This document shows positions 54,598 through 64,000 of a stretch of DNA of 64,000 bases, piece after piece (positions within the stretch are counted from its first letter, which is position 1; each line of letters opens with the position of its first letter). This DNA is from Octopus vulgaris. Its lineage: Eukaryota. Location: contig OX597827.1 of NCBI GenBank assembly GCA_951406725.2, forward strand, positions 25,668,001 to 25,732,000. Direction: 5' to 3'. Below the pieces are notes generated by a model, which ran no database searches, was not told where the DNA came from, and saw only the letters and a program-made list of their open reading frames with translations. The translations under genes and the position numbers were made by a program.

Positions 54598-55101
54598 CAT
54601 ATATATATAAATATATACATATATACATACAAATATCTATGTGTGTGTGTGTAATTGTGTCTGTGTTGACCCTCACCACCACTTGACAACCAGTGTTGAT
54701 TCATTCACCTAAAATTTCTTCAAGGTGGTGCTCCAGTGTGGCCCCAGTCTAATGACTGAAACAAGTAGCAGATAAAAGATGATACCACATACTTAACGTG
54801 GTGTGTTGTTAAAACGCCAGAAGCTACGGTTGTTCGTCCTGGAAAAATCCATTTAATGAAGTTTAGTGCTAAACTCACAATATATTTCAAAGTACAAGCC
54901 TACGTTTTTAATTGATTCCTGTGTATTTAAAGGCTCACTGTCGTTAAATTCAGCCAAAATAGATATCAGAAACATTCTACTACCTCTTGGTAGATATCTA
55001 CACACACGCATATACATTCTTACATGTATCCCTCTCTCTATATATACATATATCTATGTATCTATCTGTCTACGTATGTATGTATGCATGTATGTATCTA
55101 A

Positions 55102-55170
<69 letters not shown>

Positions 55171-55203
55171 AATATATTGATAGATAGATAGATAGATAGA
55201 TAG

Positions 55204-56460
55204 ATAATGCGGTGGTTTTATACGTCTTTTATTATTAAAATCAAGATGAACAATGTTCTTTTTCAATCTAAAATATTCTCACCGTTTTCTGCAAGGCTCT
55301 TCCATCTATCTAGTAGATTTACAAGGCCCCTCTTCCAAAATGCACTTGTCCATGGTGAAAAATATTCCTCCAGTACTGTTCATATGAAATCAATTCATAT
55401 TTTTTCTGTCCAAATGATATTGAAGACTGCGGAACAAACGATAATCAGACGAGGACAATATTCGACGTATATGGTAGGTGGGGCATCATTTCCCATTCAA
55501 ACTTCTCCAACGTTTGGAATGTCACCTCGCTGTATGTGGCCGAGCGTTATCCTGATAGAACACCTTTCGTCTTGAAACCAGATAGCGTCGTTTTTCTTTT
55601 AGTACCGACTTAAGCCGCTCAAGCTGCTCGCAGTAGATCTCCTTTGTTATCGTTTGGTTTGGGTTTAAAAGTTCAAAGTAGACTAAACCTTTCATATCCC
55701 ACCAAACAGATAATAGCACCTTACGTGAAGACTTATTTAGCCTGGGGTACTGGTGTTTCTCCTTTCTCTTCCCACTGTCTTTGGCGCTTCACATTTTTAT
55801 AGAGAACTCATTTCTCGTCACCAGTCACTATTCGGTCCAGAAAAGTTCATTCCTGAGACGTGAAAGCAAAGACGAGCACACATTTACTCTCTGCGCACGA
55901 TTAGACTCCTGAAGTATGTGAGGAACCCATTGACCCAATTTGCTGACTTTTCTGATGACACGCAAGTGTCAATGAATGGTTTAATGACCATATCCAAGCT
56001 TCTCGTCTAGTTGCTCAACAGTTATAATGAGATTTTGCTCCACCAGGGTTTTCAGGACGTCCTCGTGGAGCTCTACAGATTTTCCTGGACAAGGCTTGTC
56101 TTCTAGGCTATAGTTTCCGGCTCGGAATACTTGGAACCACCATTGACACTGGCTTGCGCTTAATGACCGATCCCCATATACTGCATTAAAATTCTTCGCA
56201 CCATCCATTGCGTTGTTGCTTTCATTGAACTCATAAAGCAAAATATGCCGAATATGCTCCTTTGTCACTTCCATTGTAGCTTTGAAAAAATAACTGTTAA
56301 AATCGAACTGCACTCTTTCAAACTTGCACTAAGACTAAAGACAAGGTAAAATTACTACCTGCTTTTATAGCAAATTGATGCAGGTAGTTTATCCCATCCT
56401 CACCCTCCGACTTTTAGTTCATGCAATTGAAAAACACGCATTATTTATAGGATGACCTAT
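55204..56460 (-). pseudogene. Near full-length decayed mariner
   Basis: MEVTKEHIRHILLYEF..QWWFQVFRAGNYSLEDKP, DRIVTGDEK, LLSVWWDMKGLVYFELL and QDNARPHTA. TIR remnants CGCATTATTTATAGGATGACCTA (56438-56459) and ATAATGCG (55204). Confidence 0.93.
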
Positions 56461-56472
56461 TCTATCTATCTT

Positions 56473-56553
<81 letters not shown>

Positions 56554-57034
56554 ATCTATATATATATATATATGCTTATCTGCTTATAAGTGTATATATG
56601 TATACGTATGTGTGTATGTGTATATCAATCTTAGTAATCTAGTCAGACCTCTTTTCCTCATCTTATATTTTGTTTGACAGTATCAGGAGGAGCAATTGTG
56701 AATATATGTATATGTGTACATGTGTGCGTATATATATACCGAGAACTCGGCACAGAACTCGCCGCTTCGTGCCTCGTCGATAACACACGGACACACACAC
56801 TCGTGGTCTTCGTCGTACTCAGACTTAATCCCCGGCAATAAACCGGCTGCACTCGCGCTCGTGCTCGTGCCCGATACCGAGAACTCGCCAAATTCACTCG
56901 CCGCTTCGTGCCTCGTCGATAACACACGGACACACACACTCGTGGTCTTCGTCGTACTCAGACGTCGTATACTACTCAGACTTACTCCCCGTCATAACAC
57001 CGGCGGCCGCACTCGTGCTCGATATCGAGAACTG

Positions 57035-57200
57035 CAAGCCCGTTCCCTTGGCTCTGCTTTCGCTAGACAGTAGATAGGGACAGTGGGAATCTCCTCGTCC
57101 TTGATCCGTTCAATAGAGCCAACGTTACTCCCGCCGTTTACCCGCGCTATCTTTGGAATTTGTTCACTTTGACATTCGGGGCACTGGGCAGAAATCGCAC
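57035..57200 (-). pseudogene. 28S (LSU) rRNA fragment, domain IV/V region, with internal deletion
   Basis: Minus strand GATTTCTGCCCAGTGCCCCGAATGTCAAAGTGAA..GCGCGGGTAAACGGCGGGAGTAAC..//..GAGATTCCCACTGTCCCTATCTACTGTCTAGCGAAA..AGCCAAGGGAACGGGCTTG matches the conserved eukaryotic LSU sequence. Confidence 0.92.
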
Positions 57201-57253
57201 TTACTCCTCGGCGTCGCATAACTTAGCGCACTCGTGCTCGATACCGAGAACTT

Positions 57254-57355
57254 CAAGCCCGTACCCTTGGCTCTGCTTTCGCTAGACAGCAGATAGGGAC
57301 AGTGGGAATCTCGCTGATCCGTTCATGCGGCGCTTCACCAATTAGACGACGATGC
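57254..57355 (-). pseudogene. Second 28S rRNA fragment
   Basis: Minus strand GCATCGTCGTCTAATTGGTGAAGCGCCGCATGAACGGATCAGCGAGATTCCCACTGTCCCTATC..GGGCTTG versus canonical GCCTCGTCATCTAATTAGTGACGCGCATGAATGGATTAACGAGATTCCC. Confidence 0.92.
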
Positions 57356-58310
57356 CGAGAACTCGCCGCTTCGACAACACACGGACACACACACTCGTGG
57401 TGTTCGTCGATAACGTCGCATACTAGTCAGCCTTTCTCCGCGCCATAAGACCGGGGCTCGCGCTCGATGCCGACGAGCGAGAACTCGTCGGCGGTATAAG
57501 ATTTTTCGTTCTTTTCGACTGCCACACCATAAACCAGCGACCCTGTGTACGCGCGCAGTAAGTAGGAGTGTTTCTTCCACTTATATACGTGTGGGAGAGG
57601 GGGTAGAAAGACAGAGGTTGTCTAAAGCGTGTGTGTATGAGCATTAAATATACATGGCATTGTATGTTTGTTTTCGATGGGGAGTGTCGATGGTCATCAG
57701 GCTTGTGGAGTTACAAAGCCCTACTGGGGCTAAACAAGATGTGATTAGGAAAGGGTGTGGTAGTGTAAGGTGTGCAAAAGGAAAGTGGTTCTCGTTAAAG
57801 GTGTGAAATCACATGGGAAGTGGAGAGTATTGTCAGGGATAAAATAGATTGGGACCTATAAAAAGTGGAGGAGAATATCAAAAAAAGAAGAAAAAATACG
57901 TAAATGAGTAGATGAGGATATGTAAATGAATATTTGAAACAGTGAATGCATCAGCACTTAAAGACGGTGATAATTATTGTTATAATTACAAACATCGTCT
58001 TGGTCGTCGTCATCGTCCTCAGCACTATCAGCATCATCATCAATATCATCATCAGCAGCAGCAGCAGCAGAAGTAGTAGCAACAGTAGCAGGAGCAGCAG
58101 AAGCAGCAACTTCCGGTGGGAAAATATTGAACCTTCATATTGAGAGTAAATTAATTGATAGAAAGTAAAAGGCTTAAAATATGAAGACTTTTAATTCTGA
58201 GTACGACTGATTTGAATATTTAGTGTGGCACGATAAACTAGCGTTGAATATTGAACGCTAAATTCCATAAGACTTTTTTTTCTTTTTTCTATCTCTGTTT
58301 ATTTTCTCTT

Positions 58311-58403
58311 ATTCCTCTCTGTGGAAGAGCGTAGGCTTGAAACATAAAATACTTTCTCACTTTCCCGAGCGTCAAACTAATACGCCTACTTGTTGTTCAT
58401 ACA
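58311..58403 (+). mobile_element. Family F2 copy (diverged)
   Basis: CTCTGTGGAAGAGCGTAGGCTTGAAACATAAAATACTTTCTCA. Confidence 0.6.
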
Positions 58404-58436
58404 CATACATACATACATATATATATAATATTCTGG

Positions 58437-58477
<41 letters not shown>

Positions 58478-58769
58478 ACCAGAATAATATAGCATAAAAT
58501 AAATTTCGATGCCGCTTCCTGTTCTATGAAAGCTTAAGTGGAAAGGATGAGGAGAAATTTAGTAAGAGTCAGTCTGTCTGTTTGTGTGCCTGTTTGTTGC
58601 TGCAGAAATAATTACGAGAGAAATAGATGCATTTTTCACTGTTGTTGCGGCTTATCAGTGCATCTGTTGCTCTCGTAATTATTTCTCAGTCGATTTTATA
58701 TCGCCTAAGTGTCCGACGAACTGTCTGTATGTATGAAGATAGATACATAGATATTTAGACAAGCTGGTT

Positions 58770-59045
58770 CTCCGTCGTTTACGAGGACGAGAGTTCCATT
58801 TGCTCCGACCGACAAAACAGCCGGCTAGTCAAATTAACCTGCAGGTGGTTGAGCACTCCACCGACATGCGAACCCTTAGCGTAGTTTTCAGGATGATGCA
58901 GCATCACACAGAGTCTGTGACAAGGTTGGCCCCTTTGTAATTACAGGTACAACTAATTTTTTCCAGGTGAATGAACTGGTGCAGCATAAAATAAAGTGTC
59001 TCGCTCAAGAATACAACCCAGTTTTGGGAATGGAACTCGCGGCAT
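58770..59045 (-). mobile_element. tRNA-derived SINE family C, diverged
   Basis: Minus-strand B-box-like GAGTTCCATTCC; body homologous to 4135-4260. Confidence 0.6.
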
Positions 59046-59114
59046 TACTTACGACCGACAGAAAAAAAACAACAACAAAAAAACGAACCCCTAAGTCACC
59101 TGCTTCCTTGTGTC

Positions 59115-59505
59115 TGTGGAGGTAAGGAGATTAATTTCTAGCTAGATGCTTTCGGGTTCAGTTCCGTATTGTGGCACTTTGGGCAAGTGTCGTGGAATAC
59201 AGGCTTGGTTCGATCAAAGCATTCTGCCGGGATTGGCTTGATGGAAACTAAAACAAGCCCGTCGTATCTGTATGTATCTCTATGTATCTATGTATGCGTG
59301 AGTGTGTTTGTGTCTATGTTTGTCCCCCACCACATAATGACAGCCGGTGTAGGTGTGTTTATATCTCTTTAACTTTCCGGTTTGGCAAAAATGACTGATA
59401 GAATACGCGCACGGCTTTAAAAAAAGGTACTGGGGACGATTCCTGCGACTAAATGTGGTGTCCCAGCATGGCTGCAATTTTAAAGACCGAAAGAAATAAA
59501 AGATA
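59115..59505 (+). mobile_element. SINE family B, diverged
   Basis: GGGTTCAGTTCC..GTGGCACTTTGGGCAAGTGTC..CCAGCATGGCTGCA..GACCGAAA. Confidence 0.75.
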
Positions 59506-59510
59506 AAGGG

Positions 59511-59548
<38 letters not shown>

Positions 59549-59581
59549 AGGAAGAGAGAGTGTGAGAGAGGAGAGAGAGAC

Positions 59582-59694
59582 TGATAGATAAATAGATAGA
59601 TAAATAAATAGATGGATAGATTGATAGATTGATAGATAGATAGGTAGATAGATGGATTGATAGATACATAGATAGTTAGATAGATAAATAGATG

Positions 59695-59755
<61 letters not shown>

Positions 59756-59789
59756 CAGATTGATAGATAGATAAATGGATAGATAGATG

Positions 59790-59871
<82 letters not shown>

Positions 59872-59872
59872 G
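59582..59872. repeat. (GATA)n microsatellite
   Basis: Directly visible. Confidence 0.95.
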
Positions 59873-60534
59873 CTACTTAGATGGATAGTGTAAATTTAGA
59901 GTGAATACTTGATAAGTGTAAACACCTGTATATGCCAGCTAATGGCAGAGGTGAGAGAATATATCAAATATAAATAGAAAATATGTTGTGTTTTTTAATT
60001 TATACTTAGATGGATAGATAGACAAATTTAGAGTAGGAAGATCTAGATCAGGACTATTATAATTTAGTCGACCAGACTTGAAGAGGAAGATTATATAGAA
60101 TCAACAGATGGTTAGACAGAATATTACGTAAACTGTAAACTATACTGAAGAAAGGGGATAGGTTTATTTAAGCATGAAAGACAGTATGAGGTTGTATATA
60201 AGGCAGCTCTAATTTTTCAGAAATAGAGGGATTCGAATAAAATATTGCTTCGTCTCATTACAGTAAGATATTCATATTCTACGTCTATTAAATATTGAAC
60301 AATGATGTTTAATTTCTTACGGTTCAGTTGATCAATATTGCAATAATTAATTAGATTCTGCCTGTTTTTATGTGTTTGAGTTTTAATTAATGTTCGATGT
60401 AGTTATGTGTTATAGTGATACAGACTTTTCCCTCGGAGTTGCATTCGTCTCTGCAAGATGAAGAATAAGTAAATATTAAAAGGTTAAGTAAACGACTTGA
60501 TAGTTAGTGTTACTATGATGTCAAATACTAAATA

Positions 60535-60985
60535 CGGCGAGCCAGACGAAATTCCAAGGAGCATTTCATCCGTATTTACTTTCTAGGTTTACATTCTGTC
60601 GAGATCGATTTTGCCTTTCGTAGTCGAGAAAATAAGTGCCAGTTGAGCATGGGGATCGATATAACCGACTCACCCCTTTCCCTCGGAATTGTTGACCTTG
60701 TGATAAGATTTGAGACGAATATCTTAACCACGACAACTTCCTAGTTCATGTTACTCACATGTCAATTACTAAAAACAGTTAGCCGGCAGAAACGTTAGCA
60801 CGCCGGACGAAATGCTTAGCGGTATTTCGCCCGTCGCTACGTTCTGAGTTCAAATTTTGCCGAGATCAATTGTCTTTCCTCCTCTCGGGGTCGATAAATT
60901 AAGTACCAGTGAAACATTGGGGTCGATGTAATCGACTAGTCCCCCTTCCCCAAGAATTTCAAACCTTGTGTCAATAGTAGAAAGG
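60535..60985 (+). mobile_element. Two SINE family A copies (about 60535-60715 and 60780-60985)
   Basis: Family A head and central domain present in both. Confidence 0.8.
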
Positions 60986-61016
60986 ATTATTATTATTATT
61001 ATTATTACTCTTTACG

Positions 61017-61419
61017 CTTTTACTTGTTTCAGTCATTTGACTGCGGCCATGCTGGAGCACCGCCTTTAATCGAGCAACTCGACCCCGGGACTTATTCTTT
61101 TGTAAGCCCAGTACTTATTCTATCGGTCTGTTTTGCCGAACCGCTAAGTGACGGGGACGTAAACACACCAGCATCGGTTGTCAAGCAATGCTAGGGGGAC
61201 AAACACAGACACACAAACACACACACACATACATATATATATATACACATATATACGACAGGCTTCTTTCAGTTTCCGTCTACCAAATCCACTCACAAGG
61301 CATTGGTCGGCCCGAGGCTATAGCAGAAGACACTTGCCCAAGATGCCACGCAGTGGGACTGAACCCGGAACCATGTGGTTGGTCAGCAAGCTACTTACCA
61401 CACAGCCACTCCTGCGCCT
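61017..61419 (-). mobile_element. SINE family B, near-consensus
   Basis: Near-identical to 42988-43378. Confidence 0.9.
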
Positions 61420-61420
61420 A

Positions 61421-61508
<88 letters not shown>

Positions 61509-62084
61509 GAGTGAGAGAGCAGTTCATGCCATCAAAGTGACACTGGGGTAAAATATACGAAGCCCAATATACCCATCATGACTACCTGTCTGATAAGGGT
61601 ACACCAGGCACATGCATTACAACCATATGTGCACGACATGGTGATCTCATATCAAGATAAATAGCACATGACCTTGCAGGTGGGGCCCAGTTAGAATTTT
61701 CTTCTGGTCAAGTAACCCATCCCGCTCAAAAGGTCCCAGAATAAGAGTTGTTTAAGGATGTTGAAAGAACCACCCATGTTTCCAGAGGTGAACTATTCAA
61801 ACCCCAAAGAATCCCTCTCAACACATGGCTATGATGCTCCCCCACTACTTCTGCTCGTGATCAGAGATGCACATATCGTCAGCCACTAAGGGACGTGCTC
61901 AACTGGTTAAGGTCAAACAACTGACAAGCAAATCTGTGGTATTGAGCAGAATATTTGCTGTAGCCCATCTTTTATACCAAGACAAAACAATGTACATGAT
62001 AACACTTCCAATCAGTTAAGATCAGAAGCCATGAGAGCCACTGCCTGGTACTGCATCAGGGCACTTGGTACTGCATCAGGGCAC
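61509..62084. mobile_element. Family T, copy 3 (opposite orientation) within (ATT)n
   Basis: Reverse complement of 1391-1925; terminal motif TGGTACTGCATCAGGGCA is duplicated. Confidence 0.88.
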
Positions 62085-62109
62085 TTTATTATTATTATTA
62101 TTATTTATG

Positions 62110-62820
<711 letters not shown>

Positions 62821-63052
62821 AAAGCATTATTACTATTTTGATGAAAACTTACTACTTATTTTGCAGAATACGATGGAAAGTATTAGTTGTCCACAGCCAG
62901 TAGACTAAGGTGACCCTTGTTTACTGGTTATGTTTAAAGAATCCTGTGGAGAACTCTTGCAGTTCCAGGCAATAATGATTTTTGGAGGTGTTCTAGCTTT
63001 ACATTTGTACTCGTCCTTTTGAGCCAGGCTGGTTGCTGAGTGCTCATACTTC

Positions 63053-63053
63053 C

Positions 63054-63117
<64 letters not shown>

Positions 63118-63133
63118 TAATAACAATAATAAT

Positions 63134-63185
<52 letters not shown>

Positions 63186-63192
63186 TAATAAC

Positions 63193-63253
<61 letters not shown>

Positions 63254-63286
63254 GTAATAATAACAATGATAATAATAATAATAATA

Positions 63287-63336
<50 letters not shown>

Positions 63337-63383
63337 GATAATAATAATAATAGTAATAACAATAATTACTATTATTATTATTA

Positions 63384-63454
<71 letters not shown>

Positions 63455-63456
63455 AT
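63053..63456. repeat. (AAT)n directly followed by (ATT)n
   Basis: Directly visible; strand switch near 63365. Confidence 0.95.
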
Positions 63457-63460
63457 AAAA

Positions 63461-63880
63461 AGGCAGTGAGCTGGCAGAATCGTTAACAGGCCGAACAAAA
63501 TGCTTAGCTGCATTTCGTCCGTTTTCACGTCCTGAGATCAGGACATGAAGGTCCACTTTGCCTTTAATCCTATCGGGGTCGACGAAATATGTAGCGTTGG
63601 GGGTCGATCATTCCACCGCAATATCAGGCGTCGTAACTATGATAGAAACATGACAATTGGAGGACTGACAGAATTGTTAGTGTCAGGTGAGTGGGGTTGA
63701 CTACTACTTGCAATATTTGTTCCGGCTCGTTACCATTCGATTCCAAATCCCGCCGTGGCCAACATCGCCTTCCAACCTTTATCGTGGTCGTTAAAATAAA
63801 GTACGAATCAAGTACCGTAGCCGATGGTATTGACTCAGTCCTCCCCCTAAAACTGCTAACTTTGTCCCTACATTAGAAAT
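63461..63880 (+). mobile_element. Two diverged SINE family A copies
   Basis: GGCAGTGAGCTGGCAGAATCGTTAAC.. and GACTGACAGAATTGTTAGTG.. Confidence 0.65.
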
Positions 63881-64000
63881 GATTATTATCTGAAAAACTT
63901 TTACTGATGTCATGAATAAAACAAAAATCGAATATTAATCTCTGAACGCCATTATCAAGTGTAACTATGATGGTGTAAGTCCTAATTTGCAAACGTGTTG

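Larger units (their letters stand above)
56737..57500. repeat. GC-rich mosaic tandem repeat containing 28S rRNA fragments
   Basis: Recurrent blocks GAGAACTCGCCGCTTCG..ACACACGGACACACACACTCGTGG (three copies) and GCACTCGTGCTCGATACCGAGAAC interleaved with rRNA pieces. Confidence 0.85.

Noticed and set aside
56737-57500. Functional rRNA gene or CRISPR-like repeat-spacer array
   Set aside because: The rRNA pieces are only 100-170 bp, diverged and internally deleted; the repeats are irregular and the inserts are duplicated rather than unique.
57665-57705. Minus-strand CUGAUGA...GAAA
   Set aside because: The intervening sequence cannot form stem II.

Overview
AT-rich eukaryotic non-coding DNA packed with microsatellites, SINEs and decayed transposons. 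The repeat make-up (several tRNA-derived SINE families plus very dense TA/CA/GATA/AAT microsatellites) resembles an octopus genome; this is an inference, not verified. I found no credible intact host gene; almost all listed ORFs come from simple repeats. Recognisable protein remnants all belong to transposable elements: piggyBac, Helitron Rep-helicase, three mariners, DD41D and other Tc1-like fragments, two RTE-like LINE ends with C2H2 fingers, an R4/Dong-type restriction-like endonuclease LINE end and a CR1/L2-like LINE end. Two unusual signals stand out. (1) Several unrelated short elements embedded in (TA)n tracts carry type I hammerhead-ribozyme (HHR) motifs, most in a foldback (inverted, sometimes plus partial tandem) arrangement typical of Penelope-like termini or retrozymes; one copy starts exactly at the predicted self-cleavage site. 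(2) A GC-rich mosaic repeat near 56.7-57.5 kb contains two diverged 28S rRNA fragments from the R2/I-PpoI target region, with the target site itself missing. All coordinates were read by eye and may be a few bases off.
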